Positions 23,701 through 32,413 of a DNA stretch of 64,000 bases are shown piece after piece (position 1 is the first letter of the stretch; each line of letters begins with the position of its first letter). Made by a program: the position numbers and the translations under genes. The stretch lies in NCBI GenBank assembly GCA_000146045.2, contig BK006934.2:288001-352000 (forward strand). The letters are read 5' to 3'. This DNA is from TPA_inf: Saccharomyces (lineage: Eukaryota). The notes beneath the pieces are model-generated. The model was not told the origin of the DNA. It ran no database searches and saw nothing but the letters and a program-made list of their open reading frames with translations.

Positions 23701-25995
23701 GCTTTCCTAAAGTTAAGGGAGCAAGCTAAATGTCATTACCAAAACATGAACGAATTAACAACGGGTCTGGATGTTATTAGTAATACTAATTTGGTTTACT
23801 TTGGTACTGTCCAAAAAGCTGAATTCTTCACATTGAAGGGTATGTTTTTGTCTAAATTACGCGCATATGAAGAGGCAAATCAAGCCTTTGCAACAGCTGT
23901 TCAGATAGACTTGAACTTGGCTAAAGCATGGGCCCAATGGGGTTTCTTCAATGACCGTCGTTTGTCAGAAGAGCCAAACAACATTAGTTTTGCTAGTAAT
24001 GCAATAAGCTGTTATTTACAAGCCGCCGGCCTGTATAAGAACTCGAAGATTAGGGAGTTATTGTGCAGGATTTTATGGCTCATCAGTATAGATGATGCTT
24101 CGGGCATGCTCACAAACGCATTTGACTCCTTTAGAGGCGAAATACCCGTTTGGTACTGGATTACTTTCATTCCTCAACTATTAACCTCTCTATCACATAA
24201 GGAGGCCAATATGGTTCGTCATATCTTAATCAGAATTGCTAAAAGTTATCCTCAAGCTCTTCACTTCCAATTAAGAACGACAAAGGAAGATTTCGCCGTT
24301 ATCCAACGACAGACAATGGCTGTTATGGGGGATAAACCAGATACAAACGATCGGAATGGACGGCGCCAGCCTTGGGAATATTTACAAGAGTTAAACAATA
24401 TTCTAAAGACAGCTTATCCATTGTTGGCCTTATCCTTAGAGTCTCTTGTTGCCCAAATAAACGACCGTTTCAAATCTACTACTGACGAAGATCTTTTCAG
24501 GTTGATAAATGTCCTATTGATCGATGGAACGCTGAACTACAATCGCTTACCATTTCCTAGGAAAAATCCAAAACTTCCTGAAAATACAGAAAAAAATTTG
24601 GTCAAATTTTCTACAACTTTGTTGGCGCCTTATATAAGACCAAAGTTCAATGCCGACTTTATTGACAATAAACCGGATTACGAAACTTATATCAAGAGAT
24701 TACGTTACTGGCGAAGGAGGTTGGAAAACAAGCTTGATAGAGCATCAAAAAAAGAAAATCTAGAAGTATTATGTCCACATTTAAGCAACTTCCATCACCA
24801 AAAATTCGAGGATATTGAAATTCCTGGCCAGTATCTTTTGAACAAGGATAATAATGTTCACTTTATTAAAATTGCCAGATTTTTACCCACGGTCGATTTT
24901 GTTCGCGGAACACATTCTTCATATAGGCGTTTAATGATTCGGGGCCATGATGGCAGTGTACATTCATTTGCTGTTCAATATCCAGCTGTTCGCCATTCAA
25001 GAAGAGAAGAAAGGATGTTTCAATTGTACAGATTATTCAACAAGTCATTATCCAAGAATGTGGAAACAAGACGTCGCAGTATACAGTTCAATCTACCAAT
25101 AGCAATCCCGCTATCTCCACAAGTCCGTATCATGAATGATAGTGTTTCTTTTACTACCCTTCATGAAATTCACAATGAATTTTGCAAGAAAAAAGGATTT
25201 GACCCGGATGATATCCAAGATTTTATGGCAGATAAACTAAACGCAGCGCATGATGATGCTCTGCCTGCGCCAGATATGACCATATTGAAAGTTGAAATTT
25301 TCAATTCAATTCAAACAATGTTTGTACCATCAAATGTTTTAAAAGACCATTTTACCTCGTTGTTTACTCAATTTGAAGATTTCTGGTTATTCCGTAAACA
25401 ATTTGCGTCACAATACAGTTCGTTTGTCTTCATGTCTTACATGATGATGATCAATAACCGTACTCCTCACAAAATCCATGTTGACAAAACCTCTGGTAAT
25501 GTATTTACTTTAGAAATGTTACCCTCAAGATTTCCATATGAAAGGGTGAAACCATTGCTAAAGAATCATGACTTAAGTCTTCCACCAGATTCTCCGATAT
25601 TTCATAATAATGAACCAGTTCCATTCAGACTGACGCCTAATATTCAATCTTTGATAGGTGATTCTGCTTTAGAAGGTATATTTGCGGTAAATTTATTTAC
25701 CATATCACGTGCATTAATTGAACCTGATAATGAACTGAACACATACTTGGCCCTATTCATCCGTGACGAGATCATATCATGGTTTAGCAACCTTCACCGG
25801 CCAATCATTGAAAATCCACAGTTACGTGAGATGGTTCAAACCAACGTTGACCTAATTATTAGAAAGGTGGCACAATTGGGCCATTTGAATTCAACACCTA
25901 CAGTCACAACCCAGTTCATCCTAGACTGTATTGGCAGCGCTGTCAGTCCAAGAAACTTAGCAAGAACAGACGTGAACTTCATGCCATGGTTCTAG
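14761..25995 (+). CDS. TRA1: TRA1, the 3744-aa PIKK-family pseudokinase scaffold of SAGA and NuA4
   Basis: First ATG at 14761 (the ORF track's earlier start is TTG). 11235 nt = 3744 aa + stop. It has HEAT/FAT repeats, a C-terminal PI3K-like domain and a FATC tail ending ...NFMPWF. Confidence 0.95.
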   Translation: MSLTEQIEQFASRFRDDDATLQSRYSTLSELYDIMELLNSPEDYHFFLQAVIPLLLNQLKEVPISYDAHSPEQKLRNSMLDIFNRCLMNQTFQPYAMEVLEFLLSVLPKENEENGILCMKVLTTLFKSFKSILQDKLDSFIRIIIQIYKNTPNLINQTFYEAGKAEQGDLDSPKEPQADELLDEFSKNDEEKDFPSKQSSTEPRFENSTSSNGLRSSMFSFKILSECPITMVTLYSSYKQLTSTSLPEFTPLIMNLLNIQIKQQQEAREQAESRGEHFTSISTEIINRPAYCDFILAQIKATSFLAYVFIRGYAPEFLQDYVNFVPDLIIRLLQDCPSELSSARKELLHATRHILSTNYKKLFLPKLDYLFDERILIGNGFTMHETLRPLAYSTVADFIHNIRSELQLSEIEKTIKIYTGYLLDESLALTVQIMSAKLLLNLVERILKLGKENPQEAPRAKKLLMIIIDSYMNRFKTLNRQYDTIMKYYGRYETHKKEKAEKLKNSIQDNDKESEEFMRKVLEPSDDDHLMPQPKKEDINDSPDVEMTESDKVVKNDVEMFDIKNYAPILLLPTPTNDPIKDAFYLYRTLMSFLKTIIHDLKVFNPPPNEYTVANPKLWASVSRVFSYEEVIVFKDLFHECIIGLKFFKDHNEKLSPETTKKHFDISMPSLPVSATKDARELMDYLAFMFMQMDNATFNEIIEQELPFVYERMLEDSGLLHVAQSFLTSEITSPNFAGILLRFLKGKLKDLGNVDFNTSNVLIRLFKLSFMSVNLFPNINEVVLLPHLNDLILNSLKYSTTAEEPLVYFYLIRTLFRSIGGGRFENLYRSIKPILQVLLQSLNQMILTARLPHERELYVELCITVPVRLSVLAPYLPFLMKPLVFALQQYPDLVSQGLRTLELCIDNLTAEYFDPIIEPVIDDVSKALFNLLQPQPFNHAISHNVVRILGKLGGRNRQFLKPPTDLTEKTELDIDAIADFKINGMPEDVPLSVTPGIQSALNILQSYKSDIHYRKSAYKYLTCVLLLMTKSSAEFPTNYTELLKTAVNSIKLERIGIEKNFDLEPTVNKRDYSNQENLFLRLLESVFYATSIKELKDDAMDLLNNLLDHFCLLQVNTTLLNKRNYNGTFNIDLKNPNFMLDSSLILDAIPFALSYYIPEVREVGVLAYKRIYEKSCLIYGEELALSHSFIPELAKQFIHLCYDETYYNKRGGVLGIKVLIDNVKSSSVFLKKYQYNLANGLLFVLKDTQSEAPSAITDSAEKLLIDLLSITFADVKEEDLGNKVLENTLTDIVCELSNANPKVRNACQKSLHTISNLTGIPIVKLMDHSKQFLLSPIFAKPLRALPFTMQIGNVDAITFCLSLPNTFLTFNEELFRLLQESIVLADAEDESLSTNIQKTTEYSTSEQLVQLRIACIKLLAIALKNEEFATAQQGNIRIRILAVFFKTMLKTSPEIINTTYEALKGSLAENSKLPKELLQNGLKPLLMNLSDHQKLTVPGLDALSKLLELLIAYFKVEIGRKLLDHLTAWCRVEVLDTLFGQDLAEQMPTKIIVSIINIFHLLPPQADMFLNDLLLKVMLLERKLRLQLDSPFRTPLARYLNRFHNPVTEYFKKNMTLRQLVLFMCNIVQRPEAKELAEDFEKELDNFYDFYISNIPKNQVRVVSFFTNMVDLFNTMVITNGDEWLKKKGNMILKLKDMLNLTLKTIKENSFYIDHLQLNQSIAKFQALYLRFTELSERDQNPLLLDFIDFSFSNGIKASYSLKKFIFHNIIASSNKEKQNNFINDATLFVLSDKCLDARIFVLKNVINSTLIYEVATSGSLKSYLVEDKKPKWLELLHNKIWKNSNAILAYDVLDHHDLFRFELLQLSAIFIKADPEIIAEIKKDIIKFCWNFIKLEDTLIKQSAYLVTSYFISKFDFPIKVVTQVFVALLRSSHVEARYLVKQSLDVLTPVLHERMNAAGTPDTWINWVKRVMVENSSSQNNILYQFLISHPDLFFNSRDLFISNIIHHMNKITFMSNSNSDSHTLAIDLASLILYWENKTLEITNVNNTKTDSDGDVVMSDSKSDINPVEADTTAIIVDANNNSPISLHLREACTAFLIRYVCASNHRAIETELGLRAINILSELISDKHWTNVNVKLVYFEKFLIFQDLDSENILYYCMNALDVLYVFFKNKTKEWIMENLPTIQNLLEKCIKSDHHDVQEALQKVLQVIMKAIKAQGVSVIIEEESPGKTFIQMLTSVITQDLQETSSVTAGVTLAWVLFMNFPDNIVPLLTPLMKTFSKLCKDHLSISQPKDAMALEEARITTKLLEKVLYILSLKVSLLGDSRRPFLSTVALLIDHSMDQNFLRKIVNMSRSWIFNTEIFPTVKEKAAILTKMLAFEIRGEPSLSKLFYEIVLKLFDQEHFNNTEITVRMEQPFLVGTRVEDIGIRKRFMTILDNSLERDIKERLYYVIRDQNWEFIADYPWLNQALQLLYGSFNREKELSLKNIYCLSPPSILQEYLPENAEMVTEVNDLELSNFVKGHIASMQGLCRIISSDFIDSLIEIFYQDPKAIHRAWVTLFPQVYKSIPKNEKYGFVRSIITLLSKPYHTRQISSRTNVINMLLDSISKIESLELPPHLVKYLAISYNAWYQSINILESIQSNTSIDNTKIIEANEDALLELYVNLQEEDMFYGLWRRRAKYTETNIGLSYEQIGLWDKAQQLYEVAQVKARSGALPYSQSEYALWEDNWIQCAEKLQHWDVLTELAKHEGFTDLLLECGWRVADWNSDRDALEQSVKSVMDVPTPRRQMFKTFLALQNFAESRKGDQEVRKLCDEGIQLSLIKWVSLPIRYTPAHKWLLHGFQQYMEFLEATQIYANLHTTTVQNLDSKAQEIKRILQAWRDRLPNTWDDVNMWNDLVTWRQHAFQVINNAYLPLIPALQQSNSNSNINTHAYRGYHEIAWVINRFAHVARKHNMPDVCISQLARIYTLPNIEIQEAFLKLREQAKCHYQNMNELTTGLDVISNTNLVYFGTVQKAEFFTLKGMFLSKLRAYEEANQAFATAVQIDLNLAKAWAQWGFFNDRRLSEEPNNISFASNAISCYLQAAGLYKNSKIRELLCRILWLISIDDASGMLTNAFDSFRGEIPVWYWITFIPQLLTSLSHKEANMVRHILIRIAKSYPQALHFQLRTTKEDFAVIQRQTMAVMGDKPDTNDRNGRRQPWEYLQELNNILKTAYPLLALSLESLVAQINDRFKSTTDEDLFRLINVLLIDGTLNYNRLPFPRKNPKLPENTEKNLVKFSTTLLAPYIRPKFNADFIDNKPDYETYIKRLRYWRRRLENKLDRASKKENLEVLCPHLSNFHHQKFEDIEIPGQYLLNKDNNVHFIKIARFLPTVDFVRGTHSSYRRLMIRGHDGSVHSFAVQYPAVRHSRREERMFQLYRLFNKSLSKNVETRRRSIQFNLPIAIPLSPQVRIMNDSVSFTTLHEIHNEFCKKKGFDPDDIQDFMADKLNAAHDDALPAPDMTILKVEIFNSIQTMFVPSNVLKDHFTSLFTQFEDFWLFRKQFASQYSSFVFMSYMMMINNRTPHKIHVDKTSGNVFTLEMLPSRFPYERVKPLLKNHDLSLPPDSPIFHNNEPVPFRLTPNIQSLIGDSALEGIFAVNLFTISRALIEPDNELNTYLALFIRDEIISWFSNLHRPIIENPQLREMVQTNVDLIIRKVAQLGHLNSTPTVTTQFILDCIGSAVSPRNLARTDVNFMPWF

Positions 25996-26115
25996 AGCTG
26001 ATACATGGGTTAGTTTCCGGCCTTTTCTCTGTATTTAATGAAGGTAGAGAAAGCCTCAAAAAATATGTACTATATAAAAAATTAAAATGTTTTACTTTTT
26101 ATTAAAGTTGCCTAA

Positions 26116-26673
26116 TCAAAATCCCAAAAAGTTGTATAATTTTTTTTCGAACTTGGAGAGAGGATTTGCCGAAACTTTAACACCATCTCGAATCCACACC
26201 CCGTATGAACCCATTAGGTTTGCCATCAAGATGTCAGTAAAAAGCCTATCTCCAACAACAGCAACCTCTTTTGGATTTGTTATGGTTTTGTTTCTATAAA
26301 AATAATCTAATATTTCGTTGTGACAACCTGGTTTCTTTGTAGAGTGCCGCAAAACAGGTATACCTGTCTTATCTTCCAAAAGTTTTGCTTGCGAATAGTC
26401 CTTATCAGAATTGGAACCGGCGGTATTGCTAACAATCAAGAGTGCTTTGTTAGAGTATTTCGACCTTAAGGTTTCCCAGTGTTGCAAGTAATCTGGCCAT
26501 ATTTTGTCATCATGAGGGAAGGCGATGCAGTTGTCCTTATCCAAGACCACGGCCTTTATAGAATCGTGGATTGGTATAGGAAGATCGTTAAAAGTGGGGA
26601 CAACTAGACTAGGCTTACACAGTGATGGGTTATAAAGCAACCGGAGCGTATTTAAGGTGCCACTGATGTTCAT
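26116..26673 (-). CDS. GEP4: GEP4, mitochondrial phosphatidylglycerophosphatase (185 aa, HAD-like)
   Basis: 185-aa ORF with a HAD motif I (VVLDKDNC). Size and position between TRA1 and BIG1 match. Confidence 0.85.
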   Translation of the reverse strand: MNISGTLNTLRLLYNPSLCKPSLVVPTFNDLPIPIHDSIKAVVLDKDNCIAFPHDDKIWPDYLQHWETLRSKYSNKALLIVSNTAGSNSDKDYSQAKLLEDKTGIPVLRHSTKKPGCHNEILDYFYRNKTITNPKEVAVVGDRLFTDILMANLMGSYGVWIRDGVKVSANPLSKFEKKLYNFLGF

Positions 26674-26725
26674 GACTAGGTAGAGGAGACGATGTAATGT
26701 AACTGCCGCCTTTCAGTTTGGCCCC

Positions 26726-26742
26726 ATATATATATATATATA
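26726..26742. repeat. (AT)8 microsatellite in the GEP4 promoter / BIG1 3' region
   Basis: atatatatatatatata. Confidence 0.9.
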
Positions 26743-26873
26743 AACAGACGGATAATTATATCATATTAAATGCGATAGCATAAATTTCTCGATGCGCATT
26801 GGTAAATTGTAGCATGGCGCGAAGTCTCTCATGGATAATTTTGCAAAGAATCGATGTATATAACGAACCATAA

Positions 26874-27771
26874 TCAAGATACTTGCTGGGATGGCTTTTT
26901 CTGGATCTCTTGCACTTTTTTGAGCAGTTGTGGTGACGTCTGTTTCACGTTGTCCTTTTTATTAGTAATCTTCTCATCTACAATAGTTTTTTTTGTGAAA
27001 AAAAACTGAATAAGAATATACCCAACCAAAATTGTGAAAATCAGCTGTAATAAACCTCTGTTATTCTCAATTAATTGTGAATCAAATATTGAGACATACT
27101 CCGAAGGTGGCTCTGAAAATCGTGGAGTATAGTCATTAAACGACAGACGAGGCACATCCAAAACTCTATTATTTTGTTCCACTTCACCCACTCTGGATTT
27201 TATGTCAAAGATATCTGGAAATATTTGGATAGGGATGATCGACTCGTGAGCCAGCGTAGTTCCTGGGTTTAACGAGGTGTAAATGACATTTTGTTCTGGC
27301 GACGGAATCTGCGCCAGTATAGTCCTCAAATACTTGTCATAATGGCGGAATGCTTCTTTACGTTCATTAGTGTCCTCTGGTAACTTAGGGTACTCTATTA
27401 TAATCACTCTTTTTTCGCTATCAATAAAGGGCTGGAAATCTTCTGTATTATTACCTCGTAAGTTCAACACCTGGTCTACGTTACAATACTCCTTTACAAA
27501 CTCTGCAAGATCATAGTATAAATCTTGAGGCAATAGGTCTACCTTTTCGAACTTAATCGCGGTTGAACTCCGTCTTATATATCTCTGTAACGAAACAAAC
27601 TCTGTTTCAAATTCCAAGAAGTCCAATTTCCTCAGGCCTGGTTGATTAATAAACACATAAGTGTCAGCATTACATACACCTAAGAATTTCTCAGCCGCTT
27701 CAATAAAGGTGTCTCTTGGTAAAGTCACAGCCCTATCATAATCCTCTTGATACTTTAAAATACCGGGAGTT
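26874..27771 (-). CDS. BIG1: BIG1 exon 2 (898 nt). ER integral membrane protein needed for beta-1,6-glucan levels.
   Basis: Continues the reading frame from exon 1 (...FFSYKL|TPGILKYQEDYDR...). The C-terminal TM segment is LLQLIFTILVGYILIQFFF. Exon 1 + exon 2 = 1008 nt = 335 aa + stop. Confidence 0.8.
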
Positions 27772-27858
27772 CTATCCAAAAGTACAAATATGTGTATAAC
27801 ATCTAGTTAGTAAGAAAAATGAAAGTTACTAAAGATTAATGTTTCTTGTTCTACATAC
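27772..27858 (-). other. BIG1 intron (87 nt). GTATGT ... TACTAAC ... AG.
   Basis: Reverse strand reads GTATGT at 27858..27853 and TACTAAC at 27812..27806. The TAG 1 nt after the branchpoint is too close to be used. The next AG, at 27773..27772, restores the frame. Confidence 0.7.
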
Positions 27859-27968
27859 AGTTTGTAAGAGAAGAATATTGCAGGAACATTGGTCTGGTTT
27901 TGCAATTCCTCCGAAGCACAAAAGCTTCCACACATAATAAGCAACAAATATTTCAACACAGTTTGCAT
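27859..27968 (-). CDS. BIG1: BIG1 exon 1 (110 nt, MQTVLKYLLLIMCGSFCASEELQNQTNVPAIFFSYK + 2 nt). Signal peptide.
   Basis: ATG at 27968..27966. Hydrophobic signal-peptide-like N-terminus. Confidence 0.75.
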
Positions 27969-28571
27969 CTTGCCTTGCTACTCCTAATTAGTATGCGCCT
28001 ACGTTTCCTAACTACAAAACAGATAGGTATAACCTGCAACTTAACCTCCGCTGCTGATATTCTTGGCCGTAGTTAAGAGAGGTTTACATTACTACAGAGC
28101 TAACCCGTGTTGCATGATATCATCGATATAATTAAAGAATGCACATATGTCAGCGGTACTATCGCATACAATGCTCTATCAGAACTCTAGATAACGTTAG
28201 AACATATCCTCCCAGGTTTCGCCACATCTGTGGCCTCGTTACTCTATTCGTTTCACTCTTTCTTATCTATTTACAGCCCATCGAGCAACATTATCATGCC
28301 ACACGTCGATCTCAGGCCGATCTGACAATCTTTAAAGGCATCAACAAGAGCAGCAGCTTGCCGACGTGGCAAAAGTCAAAGAAGAACAGAGGCAACTCGT
28401 CCTACGTGAAGCCACATACAACAAGTTAGGAACTATTAGGCGGAACCGCTTTCTAAGGAGCTTACTACTTTTAACAGTACTACTTTTAACAGTACACAGA
28501 TAAAGAAACAAAAAGTATAAATTTGGGCGCCATCGACTGGCAAGCAAAACACGTATAGAGAACAGGCAGTA

Positions 28572-31500
28572 ATGACGACGAAGCCACAAAATAGTAAGCA
28601 GGGTTTAGCCGAAGGAGAGATGGATGTGAGTTCACTTTTCAAGAGAACGGAAGTTATTGGGCGAGGGAAATTTGGTGTGGTTTATAAGGGCTATAACGTG
28701 AAGACTGGACGAGTGTATGCTATCAAAGTCTTAAATTTAGATTCTGATTCTGACGAGGTGGAGGATGTGCAGCGAGAAATTCAGTTTTTGGCCTCCTTGA
28801 AACAGATTTCCAATATCACGCGGTATTATGGGTCGTATTTGAAAGACACAAGCCTTTGGATCATAATGGAACACTGCGCTGGTGGTTCACTGCGTTCGTT
28901 GTTAAGGCCAGGCAAAATCGATGAAAAGTACATTGGGGTTATTATGAGAGAACTGCTTGTAGCATTAAAATGCATTCATAAAGATAACGTCATTCATCGA
29001 GATATCAAAGCAGCAAACGTTCTGATCACTAACGAAGGTAATGTTAAACTATGCGATTTTGGTGTCGCTGCACAAGTAAACCAAACTTCTTTACGACGTC
29101 AAACTATGGCTGGGACCCCCTACTGGATGGCTCCAGAAGTGATCATGGAAGGCGTTTATTACGACACTAAAGTAGATATATGGTCTTTAGGTATTACAAC
29201 GTACGAGATTGCCACCGGAAATCCGCCATACTGCGATGTGGAGGCCCTAAGGGCAATGCAACTAATCATCAAATCGAAACCACCGAGGCTTGAGGACAGA
29301 TCATACAGTACATCTTTGAAAGAATTTATTGCGCTTTGTCTTGATGAGGATCCAAAGGAGAGATTGTCAGCAGACGATCTTTTAAAATCAAAATTTATCA
29401 GGGCCCACAAGGCGACGCCAACGTCCATTTTGAAAGAACTAATATCACGATATCTACTATTTAGGGACAAGAATAAAAACAAATATAAAATAGAGGGCAG
29501 TATACCGGAAAATGAGCCATCAAAACCCAGTGAAGCTCCAAAACCATCACAAAATGGCGGGGGTGATGAAGCACAAAAGTCAATAGCATCAAATGATAAT
29601 GAAATTAAGAGAGTGAACGAAGGCGATGTGGAAATGAAATGGGATTTTGATTCATTGAGTTCGTCGGATTATATTATTGAAAATAATATCAACCTCGATG
29701 CTTTGGCTGAGGACAACAACGAGTGGGCTACTGCCCAACATGACCTGTTCAACTATGCATACCCTGACGAAGATTCTTATTACTTTGACCCTACAAGTCA
29801 TAATACTAGACCCTTTGTTTATCAAGGGACAACGATAGGAAAGGGCTATCCTGGTACAATAGCTCAAAATTCTACTTTGAATGCACCAGTAACAAATAAC
29901 TATACGAACTCAAAATACCCTTCCAAAATGGTAGCTGGAACTACAAACACCTCTGGAACACATACGGCCGGTCCAATGACATCATCTAAGAGGCTGGAAA
30001 GTAAGGCTCCAAAACAATTACTTGAACTTTTTGAAGACAATGAAATTATTACTGCTGAAAATGATGTCAATACAGAAGCTCCTAAAATAAGCAAATCCAT
30101 TTCATCTCTAAATGCTGGTAATAGTTCACGAGATGATTTCATTCCCTCAATATCCAACGAGGTCAACGGAAATATCAATAATAATAAAATGCGACCACAC
30201 CTTCCACCTTTATCCAGTGGGAACAATTATTATAGCCAGAGTACACCTGCTTTGCCGCTACTCCAAACAAAATTTAACAAGACGTCAAAGGGCCCTCCAA
30301 CAAGTGGATTAACTACTGCTCCAACGTCTATTGAAATAGAAATTCCTGAAGAACTACCGAATAGTGCTCTACCAACGCCTGCGAGCGCAGATCCGGTTTT
30401 AATACCAAGCACAAAGGCCAGGTCATCTACAGTGACGGCTGGCACTCCTTCGTCATCTAGCTCAATACAATATAAATCACCTTCAAACGTGCCCAGGCGG
30501 TTGACAGTCAGTAACAATAGGCCAGAACATTGCCCAAGCACCATAACAAATCAAAAATTGGGGTCCGCAGTTGCTTCTAATTCCGGAATCAGCTCCACTC
30601 CGAACAACAGTAATAACTATAACAACAACACTGATAGTGAGAACTCAAGAGGAAGCAGCGGTAGTAACACTGCAAATAGCACACAAATGGGCATAACCAA
30701 TCCAGGTAATGTAACAAAGTTATCTACTCATAAGGCTTCTTCACCCTCAAGGCCACTATTTGGAGTTGGAACTTCTCCCAATAGAAAGCCTGCCGGTTCC
30801 CCAACCCAAAACATTGGTCATAATTCTACTCACACGAACCTCGCGCCTCCTCCTACGATGAAACCAATGGCCAATAGCAAAGATAACAAGGACATTCTCT
30901 TGCAACCTCTGAACAGCATACCTAGTTCTTCTACACTTAACACTATTAGTGGTAATAGCAGCAATAATTTAACCTCATCAAACTACTTTTCCAACGAAAA
31001 GGAAGGCTCAAGGGTCAATGGTGACTTTAAACGCAACAACCCAAACTTAAAACTACAAATGCCACTACCTACACCTGTTGTGAGAAATAAACTTCTTGAT
31101 CCAAATACAGCAACCTCACAGAATAACAATGGCATGCCGGGGAGCGCTGGCATATCCACGAACGAAAATATTAATCAATTTGGATTTAACACAAGCAGTG
31201 CGTCCAACATCCCTGTCTCAATGACTCCAATTAGTGAGAAACACATTGATTTTGGGGGCAAGATCAAGAGAAGTCAAAGCATTTCTAACAGGAAGAACTC
31301 TTCTGCCTCGGAACACCCATTGAATATTCTTGGCTCATCTGTTTCCGGCAATGTTTCCGGTATCGGTAACAACAATGTTGGCTCTAACAACAACAGCGGC
31401 CCTAATAACAGTGTTCCTCTTTCTGCTAATACAGGAAACACTACTATCAAAGCCAATTCTACGACTATCGCAACTTCAAGTTCTGCCGCGGCATCAACGA

Positions 31501-31814
31501 CTGCACCAATTTCACAACAGACTATTCCATCCGGAACACAATTCAATCATATTCTGAGTTCCGCCGCAACAGCTGCAAACTCGGTTAATTCTTTAGGCTT
31601 TGGCATGTGTCCTCCTCCACAGAGTTTACAAATGGAAATGTTCTTGGACTTAGAATCGTTTCTGCCAGGAAAACAGAGGCGGGTAGACAGGAAACCCCAG
31701 GTTCTGAAAGAACTGGAAAATCTTTTACAAATGTTCGAAGAAGGTTTGCCCTGCATTGAACACGCTTTAAAGGAACAACTTATTTCAACGCCTATCAAGG
31801 ATAATGAGCATTAA
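28572..31814 (+). CDS. KIC1: KIC1, PAK/GCK-family Ser/Thr kinase of the RAM network (1080 aa)
   Basis: N-terminal kinase domain (GRGKFGVVYKG, HRDIKAANVL, DFG, GTPYWMAPEV). The C-terminal ~700 aa is Ser/Asn/Thr-rich low complexity. Confidence 0.9.
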   Translation: MTTKPQNSKQGLAEGEMDVSSLFKRTEVIGRGKFGVVYKGYNVKTGRVYAIKVLNLDSDSDEVEDVQREIQFLASLKQISNITRYYGSYLKDTSLWIIMEHCAGGSLRSLLRPGKIDEKYIGVIMRELLVALKCIHKDNVIHRDIKAANVLITNEGNVKLCDFGVAAQVNQTSLRRQTMAGTPYWMAPEVIMEGVYYDTKVDIWSLGITTYEIATGNPPYCDVEALRAMQLIIKSKPPRLEDRSYSTSLKEFIALCLDEDPKERLSADDLLKSKFIRAHKATPTSILKELISRYLLFRDKNKNKYKIEGSIPENEPSKPSEAPKPSQNGGGDEAQKSIASNDNEIKRVNEGDVEMKWDFDSLSSSDYIIENNINLDALAEDNNEWATAQHDLFNYAYPDEDSYYFDPTSHNTRPFVYQGTTIGKGYPGTIAQNSTLNAPVTNNYTNSKYPSKMVAGTTNTSGTHTAGPMTSSKRLESKAPKQLLELFEDNEIITAENDVNTEAPKISKSISSLNAGNSSRDDFIPSISNEVNGNINNNKMRPHLPPLSSGNNYYSQSTPALPLLQTKFNKTSKGPPTSGLTTAPTSIEIEIPEELPNSALPTPASADPVLIPSTKARSSTVTAGTPSSSSSIQYKSPSNVPRRLTVSNNRPEHCPSTITNQKLGSAVASNSGISSTPNNSNNYNNNTDSENSRGSSGSNTANSTQMGITNPGNVTKLSTHKASSPSRPLFGVGTSPNRKPAGSPTQNIGHNSTHTNLAPPPTMKPMANSKDNKDILLQPLNSIPSSSTLNTISGNSSNNLTSSNYFSNEKEGSRVNGDFKRNNPNLKLQMPLPTPVVRNKLLDPNTATSQNNNGMPGSAGISTNENINQFGFNTSSASNIPVSMTPISEKHIDFGGKIKRSQSISNRKNSSASEHPLNILGSSVSGNVSGIGNNNVGSNNNSGPNNSVPLSANTGNTTIKANSTTIATSSSAAASTTAPISQQTIPSGTQFNHILSSAATAANSVNSLGFGMCPPPQSLQMEMFLDLESFLPGKQRRVDRKPQVLKELENLLQMFEEGLPCIEHALKEQLISTPIKDNEH

Positions 31815-32413
31815 AAGCATCGTCTAGTTTATTCTTTTGTTTATGTACATATTCAAGAAAAATAAGCAAGATGTAAGAAAAGTGAAAGTATATATTTTCT
31901 ACAGAACTTAACAAGTCCCTTTAAGCACCACATGGAACTCGACTGCGCAAGGTTAGCGCTTTACGGACTTTATTGCTATTCTAGTTCAAAGAAAGCAAAT
32001 GGCGCAGTTACCAAACCTCGCCATTTGTTTTTTCCGTTATTTTTTCTTCTTATAAACGCGCCTAGAAGAAAAAACCGTGCGAAGCGCAAATCCTGAGAAA
32101 GCGCTAAGGAGGTTTCAACCAATGTTTACCACTTGAAATTTTAGCATTCTCATCACTGTAAGAGAGATAATTATCCTGTAAACATTCCAAAATACCTTTT
32201 GTAACGCTGATTGTTGTATTTGTTACCCCAGAATTGCCATATATAGTGGAGAAGAAATCGAAAAGGTCATATACAGCAGAACCAAAAAAAATAATACATT
32301 CGTTGATCCTTTACCGTTTTCAAGAGTGAAACGTGATCGTGTTTATACTTTTTCGACTCAAATTTGTCCTTATCTTTAGTTAATACGGTCTAACTTGCCA
32401 CGCTACTCAAGAA

